Shown piece by piece: positions 13,335-26,094 of a stretch of DNA of 64,000 bases. The stretch covers positions 4,208,301 to 4,272,300 of the forward strand of contig CM119270.1 of assembly GCA_051294375.1 (NCBI GenBank). The letters run 5' to 3'. Under the pieces are notes generated by a model. The model did not search any database. It had not been told where the DNA came from and saw only the letters and a list, made by a program, of their open reading frames with translations. This DNA comes from Paraspadella gotoi. Its lineage: Eukaryota > Animalia > Chaetognatha. The position numbers were made by a program, and so were the translations under genes. The first letter of the stretch is position 1. Each line of letters starts with the position of its first letter.

Positions 13335-14042
13335 ATGGCCCGCCCGGCCAAGACCGACGACAAGAAAAAAGCCCGCGGCAGCGCCGCACCCGCCGCCACA
13401 GCGGGCGAAAGCGGCGACGGGCCGACCCAGCCGCCGACGGCGCCCAGCCGGCGAGATCTTCGCCGACCTGACGGCGACATGAACGCGTTAAGGACGAGTC
13501 GTGAATCGATCGGCGCATGGTGGCGTTGGCGGAAGAGCCAAGGAAGCCGGCATCAACACTCTCGTCGAACTCGACGATCAGGCCGAGAAGTTTGAGCACA
13601 TCGCAGGACGGCATGGACTCCATTCCACGAGGACATGCTGGCCGGAGAAGGCACTGAGGCTTGGAGGCCTGCTGCGGCATCTGCGTTCTCCTTGGAACAG
13701 AGGGAACGAACTTTGACGATTCGGCCTGGGGAGACGAAGGGCCCGTCGTGGGTTCCAGTCAGCCCTCGAGAGGCGGAGACGGGCTCTCATCGGCGGGAAT
13801 TACGTGACGAGAGTCTTGGACGACGAGAAGAAAAGGAGATGGAGGCCGAACGTGGAGAACGTGGCGGCGATGGTGGGCAATCTGGCGAAACATGGCCATT
13901 GATGCGGGGCAGAGATCGACAATCAGAACCATCTGATCACAGGATACAGAGAAGGCCGAGGCCAATCAGGAGAGGGTCAAGGACGCCAAGAGAGGCCAAT
14001 AGCATATTCATCAAAGAGGGGGAGTGGGAGTGGGTGATGTAG
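13335..14042 (+). CDS. SNAP25: SNAP-25-family Qbc-SNARE, intronless coding region (frameshifted by probable read errors)
   Basis: Across frames: [47 protein letters not shown] (SNARE motif 1), CCGICVLPWN palmitoylation cluster, YVTRVLDD..EKEMEANVENVAAMVGNLRNMAIDAGQEIDNQNHLI...KAEANQERV (SNARE motif 2). Confidence 0.9.
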
Positions 14043-15577
14043 AAAGAAAGAACGAAAGAAAAGAAATTTTAGAGTCAAGTTAGTTAATCGGGGTTAGTTA
14101 CTGTAACTGTTAATCAAAATGTTAAATTGTTAATTACTTGTCAAACTGTTAATTAAAATGCTAATCAAAAATGATAATTTTACTGTCATTTTTTCGTAAA
14201 TGATTATTTCATTACGATTTTTCTGGGTTAAATTACAAAAGGTTAGCAAAGGGCTGTATTTCTAAGTTTACCAAAAGTTATATCAACCAGTATTTTGGTT
14301 GAGAGCGGAATTTTTTTTTTTGACCGAAATTTAAATTTTTTTTTCTTCGGTTTTAACTTCCGACATTAATAATTATTACTTTTTATTACTATTATCTTGT
14401 ATTAATGCATCGAACGAAAAAAATATTTAACTATATGATACTCATTTTAAGTTGTTTACCTTACTAAATATAGATAAAAGGTGAACGCGACTGGCTGAGA
14501 GACCATTCGAGAATGGTTTTGTTTTTTTCTGTTTTTTTTTTTTTAGTTGCATCAGTTTCAGGTGCTCATGTTTGTTTTTTTTTTGGTTTATCGCGGCATC
14601 GGTAAAACCTTTCTAGCGAGTTACACATTTTTACACGGAATTGCAACTGTGATATTCTTTATTACTCTGTAATCGGCCTTGAACTACTTTTTCCCCTTTT
14701 TTTTTTTTTTTTTGTAACGCGACTTTTCGATGCTCTTGTAGTTTTATCTCAGCATCGATGGAAAGTTTCTTTCTTGCTCATACGGCATCATTTAAGCATC
14801 GATGCCTCAAAAGTGTAAATCGGGGTTGAGGCTGTGAACAAGTAAACATTGGTCAAGGTTATATTCAGTAATAATTTCTTATTTTGTGGCGTTAAAAGAT
14901 GAGAAACTCGGATGGTAGAAACAAGGTGCGATTAAAAAATTGCATGGTCGCCTTTAGCTATTTTGATTATTTAATGTGTAGTGTAATGATACTTAAACAT
15001 TCGAGCTCAGCCCAACTCGCGTTCCGATTGCCTTTTACTCATGTAGTCATAATCTCTGTGATAACGCTTTTTTTTTAGTCTTTATACAAATTTACAATAA
15101 ACGCCTTACTAGTCTATATTAATTGTATCTAGTTGCTCGCCGAGAATGCATCTAGACTAATATATCGTGCTCGGTTTAACCAAAGTAACGACTGAAAGTG
15201 TAAAAAGCTAAAAAATTAAAAATAATAATTTTAAGAAAATGTGTTTTTTTTTAGTTTTTTCTTGGTTCGCCGAATGTAAATTTAAATTTATGGTATTTTA
15301 AATTTTTACGTGGGACCCACTTTAAAAAACTCAATACATTATTGCATTTCTATAGTTAAAAAGTTAATAGATATTAGCGTTTAATATTATGACTTGACTC
15401 GCCGCCGCTTTTAGTATCACGTACATTTTTATACTTGTTTGCATTCACAGCAAAATTTGTGTTTTTTTAATGTTTAATGATGGTTATTAAAGTCGACAGT
15501 CAAATATAAGTCTTTTAATATTTTATCGATTTTATGGTAAAACTAGATATCAAAAATTGAAAAGGTAGAAATCGGTG

Positions 15578-15578
15578 C

Positions 15579-15643
<65 letters not shown>
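15578..15643 (+). repeat. (GATA)n microsatellite
   Basis: Perfect AGAT run; degraded inverted copy at ~27565-27640. Confidence 0.95.
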
Positions 15644-15644
<1 letters not shown>

Positions 15645-15856
15645 AGCGGATTCCTTTCGGTAAGAATAACAAACTGTGAATTCAAAGTAAACAGACAAAC
15701 GTGAAAAAAAGAAAAGATTAATTAATATTTACTTGGAAATCTGCCCGCCTTTTCAAAAAAAAAAAAAAATTAAGTGTTCTAATACTTTAAGTTGAACTGG
15801 AAAAAAAGAGAAATACTAATGGGTAGAAAACCAAAAAAAAAAAAAAATCAACAAGA

Positions 15857-16070
15857 ACGGTAATTCCAATGTGTTGCGCCGCAGTTACTTTATTATTATT
15901 ATTTTTCTTAATGTCAAATGAGCAACCAACTATAGGCAAGTTATATGCATTTTAATATAAGTGGGACAGACCGACGGACAGACATACCGACGGACGGACG
16001 ACCGCAGACCGACCGAAAAGTCACTTATAGAGTTGCTCCGCGAGCACTCGCGGCGGAAATAAAAGAATTA
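15857..16070 (+). mobile_element. Short interspersed repeat with (GACG/GACA)n and 3' hairpin, HINE/Helentron-like
   Basis: Ends ATAGAGTTGCTCCGCGAGCACTCGCGGCGGA (CCGCGAG/CTCGCGG stem); related diverged copy on minus strand at 49130-49330. Confidence 0.55.
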
Positions 16071-17234
16071 TTTAAAACAAGTTTGAGCAAACAATGTCGG
16101 ATCTGCCTACAATAATTAATTAATTAATTAATAGATTAATTAATTAATTAATAGATTAATTAATTAATGATACTAGATTTAATATATTCAGCCTTCGTCA
16201 TCATGCGATGATCCTTAAATATGAGTCAGGAATCGTTATTAAATGTTTTTGTTTTACAATTTTAACCTGGAAAACAAACAAAATCCTCTATATATCACAT
16301 TAGACGTCCAGAAGCGCAGCAACGCCCGTCCTGTCTAGATTTTTTTTATTATCGGTTTAGCTTTCGGTCTCGCTTTTTTCGGCTAATCATGCTCTCTGGA
16401 AAGCTGTGATCATCATAGGGAGGTTGATTTATTTCATATAATGGCATTCTATATCATAAGATCTTTTAAAATCCTCATGTTTCCATATCATATCGGTATT
16501 ATGTTCTATGTTTTATCATAATAACAAAACAAAAAAGTTTTTAATGTATATGTCGGCTCCTCTCTAGTCTCTCTTACCTTTCTCCGTCACTGGCTATCTC
16601 TAAAAACAGAATGATCTCGCAGAGGCTAACTGCAGGTGGTTTCGTCTTGTCCAGCTCTTTCTCTCATCTCTTCTCTCTACTCTTTTTATTTTTACAAAAA
16701 ATTTTTTTAGATAATAAATGTCGGGCTTCACTAAATGTAAAAAAACGATGCCAGCCGCGAAGCCAGGGGGCGCGAACACCACGGGTCCTTTCGGGTACGA
16801 GAATAGCTCTTACGCATAACTGTGCGGCGCCAATAAGTACTAACCGCTGATTCTTTAACGAGTTAAAGGGGCTGTAGAGCTTCCTCTCCCTCCTCATCTC
16901 TTGATATAATTATATATTATCGCTCTTTCTCATTTTTCTCTGCAGCGGCTGTCTCTCTCTAACAACTTACGGGTCTCAATTCTGTAGGCAAATGTAACTG
17001 GTCCTTCCTCTCTCCTCTCTGTCTCTCTCGTCTCCGCTGTGTTGACTGTCTCCCTATCTGTCTCGAAATACTTTTGTCGTGAGTCGTTATGGTTTTTTTT
17101 GAAAATTTTTTGATTGATTTTTTTCACTATCTATAACTTTTTATATCACTTGCCATCAAAATTTTATTCGCGACTTTTTTTTCAATACAAAATCCCATAT
17201 ATATCATCCGAGATTTTCGTGGATTTATTCTCTT

Positions 17235-17271
<37 letters not shown>

Positions 17272-18739
17272 ACTCTCTTTCGTTTCTCTCTCTCTCTTTC
17301 TCTCTCTCTTTCTTCTCTCTCTCTCCATATCATCTCCCAATAGTCATAGCATGATTTGTACTCTTATTTGCTGATCATTCTTTGCTCTGAATGACACATC
17401 ATCAAGCATCATATGAAATGTACCAATTGTCATCGCATTCTGAATTGACTCGAATGACAATATCGCTAGACATCGTGGAATAGACTATCATGACACAGCA
17501 CATAATGTGGAGGTATCATACAGCCACCATACACTATAAAATCTAATCTCATAATTAACATTACAATTAATTACAACATTAAATTACATCAATCAATTAG
17601 TATTACCTCAGTCAGAGTTACTAGATACATGGCAACCAATATAAATCGTTATCCGCATGATTGCATTCGTTTTTTTAATACCCGAAGTTTTTGTGTCATT
17701 AATCTTGTCTATGCATAGTGCGCGTTCCACCAAACATTCTGAGTCGTCGTATTCTTGAGTCATTTTAAAGAAATTGTTTTTCATTTAATATTTCCTCCGT
17801 CTCTTCATTTAATAAATCTACTCTTCTGCTCTCTCTCACTCTCATAATCTCACATCATCTCTCTCGTCTACATTTCTCATTCATCAATCTCTTTCTTATC
17901 AATACGACGATCATCTTTTAACGGACTTTTTACATTGCATACATTTTTTCAACTGATAATCTTCTTCAAAGCTTGCATTCTGTCAAATCCGTATTTTTTG
18001 CTTTTTTCAACTACTTTCCTATGGCGCTTTCACATCTTCTCTGCAATTCTATGGACATGCGACGATCTTAATAAGCTATTAAATAGATTTCTCTTAACAT
18101 GTATATGTTTACTGAAATCTTCATATTTCTAATTTTGTCGTCATTTTACGTAACTACTACGCAGTTCATCATCTCAACCTGCCGCGTTAAGAAAAAGAAA
18201 CGCTCATGACTCATTGTCATAAAACATCATTCCATGGACTCCACTAACTCTTATATCAAGCTTCGTCATACGTTTGTCCTACCAAACAACAAATTTCAAC
18301 ATCAATCTATCCATCAATTATGATGTATTAGAGTATTTATTGATTAAAATAAGTTAAAAGATTTTAAGTCAATTCGAGACTGTAATGTTTTTTTCCATTT
18401 AACACTAACTTTCCACAACTCACATACGACACTACCCATTCCAGTCGCACATCATATTTTATATCACAGCGGTATTATCACACTACTTTCCTACCCACAC
18501 ACAAAATTTAAATTCCAATCGCAACCAGCCAATCACTGAGTTATTGGGGAGCTTTTGCTAAGAAGGCCGACGGATGACGGATTGATTGACATAATTAATT
18601 AATTATTGATTAATTTATTTACTAATTAATTAGATTAAACATGATTAATTATTTTGATTTATTAATACACTGCAGATACATATTAATCATAATTAAGGAA
18701 AAAGAAGCATCAATCAATTAGTAAAACAGGTTTTTCTGT

Positions 18740-19340
18740 TTTTTTACCATTTAAACTCAGTTTCCATCAAACTATTCCAGATCGAAACTTGATTTCCTGT
18801 TCAATCACACCCACTTTCCTACCCCACGATACAAAATATTAGGTCAATCATGTCCCATCCACTCATAGAAGCAATTGGTGTTCAAGATAGTTGGAATATA
18901 TTTTTTTTGTTTTTTCCATCTTCAACTCATTTCCACTCGGACAGAGTTCCCATCGAAACTTAATAATCGTCAGCTCATATCACACACTTCACCCGTATCC
19001 ACACACAAAATTTCATTTAAATGCCATCCATCCAATACGAGTAATTGGTGTTTTTTGCTAAGGTGGGACGGACGGGAGCAGGCACGAGGACGGACGGACG
19101 GCACGGACGGAACGGACGGGGACGGAACGGACGGACGGACGGACGGCACGGACGGAGGGACGGAGACGGACGGGAGGACAAGAGTCATCGACTCTATGTT
19201 TTTTGCATAATTTATCATGGAATCTCGATGTTCTGACAAGAGTAGGACGAGGGAGTGTGTGCCCGACAATTTGAGGGGGTGCGGACACGACGGACGCGAA
19301 AAAGTGAGTTATAAAAGTGAGTTAAATAGAGTCCAGGGAG
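18740..19340 (-). mobile_element. HINE-like repeat (reverse complement of the 22858-23271 family)
   Basis: (GGAC)n tract at 19066-19175 plus shared flanks ttttttgcataatttatcat and aattggtgttttttgctaaggtgg. Confidence 0.55.
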
Positions 19341-19529
19341 TCTTGCTTGATAAGCAAGATGGCGCGACGTCAAAAAATTAAAACTGTTATCCATTCTGGA
19401 TCGTCGAACCCAGATTTCTTCTCGATCGCTTCCTCAAGGGCGTTTATAAATTTTCGGCCTTCTTTTCCTAGGCGTCCCTGTTTCAAGCATGAATTCCGAA
19501 TTAAGTAGTATTTTTCCAATCTATAGAGT

Positions 19530-19710
19530 AGAGATTAGGGTATAGGTTGATAGTATTGCTAAGATTAAGTAATTGAATTAGGGAATTTTCAATAGGATTT
19601 TGGATAATGTTTTTGGGTTAAGGAATATGGGTTTGTGGATTAAGGATTCAGGATTAAGATTAGGAATTAAAGATAAGGATTAGGAATCAAGAAGGCATTA
19701 AGGATTAAAA
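19530..19710 (+). repeat. Degenerate (ATTAGG/ATTAAG)n hexamer tract upstream of CYP
   Basis: Spaced TTAGG/TTAAG units; inverted copy at ~26785-26955; similar tracts at 61265-61350 and 61530-61615. Confidence 0.6.
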
Positions 19711-20423
19711 GTGAGTGATTGAATTAAATATTTGAAAAAATAATAATACAGCTATAGATATCATAGATTCATTGAGGAACAGAAATGGAAGCTCTTTAGA
19801 AAAATAAGTTGCCGAGAAGTTTCTTTCTTGAACCTTTGACTAAAGTTTGTACTATATTCACCTCGCTTCCTCTATTTCGACCTAATTTTTCTTTCACTTT
19901 TTTTTTTTTTTTTGAGCGAAAACCAACCAACTCAACCTGTACTATCGATTTTGAATAAATTAAAGATAACTTAACAAGGAATTGCGCAATCTTGCCGAAC
20001 AGAGCGACTTTGGGTCCTCACCGCGCTCTTTGGAATAAATTTGGAACTCTCTATTATCTGAAATGCGTAGTAATGAATCGTATGTAGATACCCTAAAATC
20101 TAACTAATATGTAAAATGACATAATATGAAATAGAATACCGTCGCTTACGGGAATTACTAACGTTCGTGCGGCTAAACAAATTAATCTTCACTGCCTTTT
20201 CGACAAACTTCCGTTTTATTTACTCCCAACTATTTCAATTTTTATCTTGTAGTCCTGCGCTTGCTCTGATCATAATCACATACTGATCTGCTAATAATAT
20301 TATATACTGTTTCATGATAATCACTGTTGTTTCTGTAATTAGCTTCCAAGGTATTCATTGGAGATCGGACTGTGACAACCTTTAGCCTCCTCCTTTCTCT
20401 TCGGTTTTCCCTCATTGAACAGT

Positions 20424-21627
20424 ATGTCGTCCTCCAACGACCAACACGCCCTACCGCTACGCCGGTCTCGTGCCTCCTCCTCCTCTTCCTTCTTCTCCGC
20501 CGCCTATCTCCGCCCCTGCCCGCCAGGCGTTCTCCGCCCCGTGCCTCGCGGAGCCGCGTGGTCACTGGCTGCTGGGCGACACCCCTTCAGGCTGCCCACC
20601 AATAGAACATGGAGGTACCGGCGATGCTGAGCCAATGGCGCAAAGAGCACGGCCCAGATTTACGAGTTCCGCCCTGATCTGCAATTGCCAAAATACAGAC
20701 CATCCGACCCTTGTTCTTGGTCTATCCTAACGATCCGGCGATGGCAGAAGGTATTGATGGCATTTGGTGTAATCATTGCGGCATTTGGTGTAGTTGCGGC
20801 ATTTGGTGTATTGTGAGGTTCTTGGACATTCCGTGGTAAACCGCTAAAATTATATTGTGACATATTCTAATAAAAATTTTTATTCTAAGACTCTTTAGTG
20901 AGAGAGCTCCACGTCTAACCTGGACATCAAGACATTAGTAAATTTAAAAAATACCGTATTCTATCTGCATGAAATAGTTGAAACTACAAAATCCCGCTAT
21001 GTTACGAGAGATATCATGGCTCTATTATCTATCTGATTCTAATCTAAAGACTAATCTTAGGAAATGTTACTTCGACACCAAAACTTCGCGAGTTCGCGAG
21101 AACTCAAAAAGAACGGACTCATGAAGGGGCTTCCTCAGACGAGGATCTTGGTACCGGAATCGTCGATGCAAGTCTTGGTCACCACCGATTGAAGGATCTG
21201 CACGAAGTTCACATCTCTCGCACTGTTCAGTCTTTAGCGGCTTCGGCAAGTCATGCGCAGTGGCAGGATAAAGGTCTAGAATCTGGCGGAGTCAAAATTA
21301 TGGCGGAGGCCGGCATGGATGTGGAGCCAGACTAATTTTGTCTTCGCGCTCCAGCTTCGGGTCTCCACATAGAACCAAATTTATTTCAAAATTCTTTCCT
21401 AGTTTCTGGACGTGAAGCAGACGCTCTTTATCAACGCCATGTTGGAAAAAGAGGGCGTGCGCCTTCGATCCCCGAGAACTTTTGGCGTATCGCCGTCTCC
21501 AAACGTCCAATCATGCAAATCGTCTTCACGCGTCTCGAGCCGACGTCGGACGTCCCTCCGTCGTCCACGACCGACTCCGGACCTACGTGGAAGGATGTTT
21601 CTACCTTTCGTACATCCTGTCTAGCAG
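20424..21627 (+). pseudogene. Cytochrome P450 exons 1-3, copy 2 (20424-20750, 21061-21273, 21403-21627); probably a redundant noisy read
   Basis: Colinear with 502-1632 including introns; differences are mostly single-base indels. Confidence 0.75.
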
Positions 21628-21749
21628 GTTGGTTATTATTATTATTATTATTATTAATTTCATTATATTATTATTATTTTTTTAATCATTTAAGTAAGTA
21701 GATTGAGGGGTGTTTTTCCGAATCCTCACACGCTGCCACCACGAACCCT

Positions 21750-22517
21750 ATTAAGTAAGAATAGACATTGATTTCACACATGAAACCAAAGTGGATTTAT
21801 TTCTCGATATAAAGAAGACAGAAAACGGCTGTTGAGACAGATGAAATCAAAGGTGGGTACAATCGGTATTTATACATTGCAATCGGATCATCGACATGGG
21901 CTACTCGTTCCCGATGGCAAACGAAGCCCCTCTTTCTCATTGGTTCATTCCGAAGATGACATCAGCCAATCAGAAAGTCACTTGGTTTATTGTCACAGCC
22001 GAACCGACCGATTCCCCACTGCCTTGGTTTGAAACCCAATTTAATCTCCATTTCGATTTCGATTCGCGTTTCTTTTGATCTCTGATTACCACTTCGATGA
22101 ATAATAATTAATAATTATTATCTATCTATTTATTAATTTTAATTTTAATTATTATTATCTATACATACGAAGGTGGAAATCGGAATCTATAGAAATGAAT
22201 CAGAAATCCATCCGGGATTATAATTGGTTATAAACTTGGATCGAGACGGTTTCGGGATGAAATAAACCAAGGACTTTACTGATTTGCGCTGAGTCATCAT
22301 CGGAATGCCAACCAATGAGAAGAGGGCCTCTACGTGCCCATCGGCGACAAGAGAGCCCATGTAGATGATCCGATGATCAATGTTCCAAATAGATAACCGG
22401 ATTGTACGCCACTTTGATTTCATCTGCTCTCACCCGTTCCCTGTCTTCTTACTATCGAAGAAGATAAATCACGACTTCTGGTTTCATGTGAAGCATACTC
22501 TGTCTACTTATCTTAAA
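21750..22517. mobile_element. Fold-back element, copy 2
   Basis: Same inverted arms as 1765-2533. Confidence 0.7.
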
Positions 22518-22857
22518 GGTAATTTAAGTAATTTAACAATACATAATATTAACAATCAAAGAACAAAATGCTTAACAACATAATAATAATAATAATTATT
22601 TGTTATTATTATATTACTTATTTATTAATTAATATTATTAATATACTTGATTGTACTTATTATTAATTATTGTTAATATTATTATTATTATTATTGTTAG
22701 CATTTTTTTTTATTGTTAATATTATTATTGTTAAATTACTATTGTTTTTATTGATATTGTGATTTTTGTCATTGCTGAAATTCTTGTTATTGTAATACTC
22801 ATAAAATTTTATTAATATTTTATTATTTTTATCTTTAATCATTATCGTTTTATTGGT

Positions 22858-23271
22858 TTTGCTTATCAGCAGATCCCGACTCTATAATTCACTTTGTCGG
22901 TCAGTCGGTCCGCCCCCTCAATCTTGTCGGGCATTCACTTATATCATGTCAGAACATCGAATTATGATAAATTATGCAAAAAAAAGATGTCTGCCCGTCC
23001 ATATGTCTGTCTGTCTGTCCGTCTGTCTGTCAGTCTGTTCCACCTTAGCAAAAAACACCAATTCCTCGTGATTGGATGGATGGATTGGAATAAAATTTTG
23101 TGTGTGGGTAGGGAAGTGTGTGATTGAGCTAGATATGAAGTTTCGATGGAATCGCCCGAGTGGAAATGAGTTTAAATGGAAAAAACAAAAAATATATTTC
23201 ACTATTTTAACATCAATTACTCATGAGTGGTTGGGGCGATTGACCTGAAATTTTGTATGTGTGTAGGAAAG
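22858..23271 (+). mobile_element. HINE/Helentron-like repeat with (GTCT)n
   Basis: atatgtctgtctgtctgtccgtctgtctgtc tract and conserved flanks shared with 5890-6440 and 18740-19340. Confidence 0.55.
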
Positions 23272-24054
23272 NNNNNNNNNNNNNNNNNNNNNNNNNCCGA
23301 AACATATTAACCAAAATCTTCGGAAAAACTCCACCATTCTTTGGGAAGAATTTTTCCGCCATATAAGATTTTTTCCGAATCTGATTCCGGTTGAAAACAT
23401 CTTAAGAATTCCGAATCTTAGCTCCTCTTTTCATTTTACTTTAAATAAAATTTCACCAAAATGGACTAATTCCTTTACCATAATGTTATCAATATTAAAA
23501 ATAATCAAATGAAATGTATAAAAAAACTTTTGAGAGCCCTTCAGACATATGTTATCCGGAGACTGACAAGACAGAACGGACAGACAGACACGACATATGG
23601 ACGGGCAGACATCTTATTTTTTGCATAATTTATCATAATTCGATGTATCTGACATGATATAAAAGTGAATGCCGCGAACAAGATTGAGGCGGGCGGACCC
23701 GAATGACCGACAAAGTGAAACTTAAAGAGTTCGGGAATCCTGCAGATACAAAAACCGAATAAACGATAATGAATTAAAGATAAAAATAATAAAATAATTA
23801 ATAAATTTTATGAGTTAGTTGACAATAAACAAAAGAATTCTCAGCAATGACAAAATCACATAATCAATAAAACCAATAGTAATCTTAACAATATATAATT
23901 AACAAATAAAAAATGCAAACAATAATAATAATAATAATATTAATAATTAATAAATACATTAATAATATATACATAAATTTATTATTATTCATATATTGTT
24001 AGCATTTTTGTTTTTATTGTTAATATTATTAATGTTAATTCACTTAAATTTACT

Positions 24055-24806
24055 TTAAGTAAGTAGACACGAGATTTCAACCATGAAACCAAAGTGGATA
24101 TTTATTTCTCGATATAAAGAGACAAGCGAACGGTGTAGAGACAGATGAAATCAAAAGTGGGTACAATCGGTATTTATACATGCAAATCGGATCAATCCGA
24201 ACATGGGCTCTCTTATCCGAATGAGCAACGAAGGCCTCAATTCTCATTGGTTCATTCCCGATGATGACTCAAACCAATCAGAAAGTCCTTGTTTTATTTC
24301 AACCCGAACCGCCGATCAGTTTGAAACACACTATTTAATCCCGATTTGAATTTCGATTCCATTTCTTGATTCCGATTCCACCCTCGATTAATAATAATAA
24401 ATATAATATAATAATTAATAATTAATAATAATAATAATAATATAATAATAATAATAAAACATTATTATTATTATAATCATCCGAAGTGGAATCGGAATCA
24501 GAAAAACGGAAATCGAAATCAAATGGGATTAAAATTGGTTTCAATACACGGATCGCGCTGTGTTCGGTGAAATAAACCAAGGACTTCTGATTGGCTGAGT
24601 CATCTTTCGGAATGAAAACACAATGAGAAGAGGGGTCTTCGTGCCATCCGGGAAGAGAGCCATGTCGATGATCCGATTGCAATGTATAAATACGATTGTA
24701 CCCATCTTTGATTTTCATCTCGTCTCACACCGTTCCTGTCTTCCTTATATCGAGAAATAAATCCACTTTGGTTTCAATGTTGAAAATCAATGGTCTACTT
24801 ACTTAA
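24055..24806. mobile_element. Fold-back element, copy 3
   Basis: TTAAGTAAGTAGAC...GTCTACTTACTTAA termini with long inverted arms. Confidence 0.7.
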
Positions 24807-24935
24807 AATGTGGTGGCAGCGGCTGAGATCTCGAAAAGCACCCCTCATCTACTTACTTAAATGTTAATATACATACATAATAGATAATAATAATAATAAT
24901 ATAATAAATACATATAATTAATAATAATAACCAAC

Positions 24936-26094
24936 CTGTTAGACAAGGATGTACGAAAACAGGTAGAACAATCCTTCCACGTAGGTCCGGAGTCCGGTCG
25001 TGGACGGGAACTGGAGGGACTCCGACGCTCGGCCTCGCGACGCTGAAAGACGATGTTTGCTGATGACGTTGGAGACGGCGATACGCAAGAAGTTCTCGGA
25101 TCGAAGGCCCACGCCCTCTTTTTTTCAACATGCGTCGATAAGAGCGTCTGCTCAGCCAGAACCTGGAAAAGAATTTGAAATAAATTTTTTGTGGAGCTCG
25201 AAAGCTGGAGCCCGAGACAAATTAGGCGGCTCCATAACATCCATTACTGCGCGCCTGCCATAGACTTTGTATCCAGCCCTTGCGATTCTAGACCCTTATC
25301 CCTCATCCTGACTCATGCGAACCCTACCGAGACGAAAGTGACGAGAGTATGTCAAACTTCTTCCAAACCCGCACAGATCCTTCAAGGTGGGTGACCAAGA
25401 CTGCATCAAACGATTCCGTAAAGATTCTCTCGTTGAGAAGCCCCATGAGATCCGTTCTTTTTGAGTCTCGCGACTCGCGAAGTTTTTTGCTCGAGTAACA
25501 TTTGCGGCGCGAGAGAGAGAGCGTTAGATTAGATCAGATAGATAAAATAGAGACTAGATATTTAGAATAAACAAATAGCCGGGGATTTTGTCGTTCATAT
25601 TTGCATCAGATAGAACGGTATTTAAATTACTAAATTGTTTGAATTGTCCATTAGAGTGGAGGCTCTCACTAAGAGTCTTAGGAATAAAAATTTTATTTAA
25701 GGATATGTCACAAATATAATTTTTACGTTTACCACGATGCCTCAAAACCCACAATACAACCAAAATGCCGCATACACCAAGATGCCCGCAATACACCAAA
25801 TGCCCACAATACCTTCGCCATCCGCGATCGTTGATGACCAAGAACATAGGGTCGATGAGGCAACAGGCGAACTCGCGTAAATCGGGCCGTGCTCCTTTGC
25901 GCCAGGCCAGCATCGCCGACTCCCAGTCCTTGGTGGCGCCGAAGGATGGCCCAGCCAGCCAGTGACCACGCGCCCGCGAGGACGGGGCGGAGAACGCCCG
26001 GGCGGGAGGGGCGGAGAAGCGGCGGAGGAAAGAAGAAGAAGGCAGAGAAAGAGGACGAGACGCGGCGAGAGGGCTGTTGTCGTGGGACGAACAT
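24936..26094 (-). CDS. Cytochrome P450 exons 1-3, copy 3 (inverted block; likely the true 5' half of the gene ending at 34572)
   Basis: Reverse complement of 502-1632; exon 1 26094-25813; exon 3 ends ...TCT AAC AG|gttgg (phase 2), matching exon 4 which begins C TTC GCC. Confidence 0.7.

Noticed and set aside
19530-19710. Interstitial telomere
   Set aside because: TTAGG-like units are degenerate and interrupted; similar tracts recur elsewhere as ordinary low-complexity repeat.
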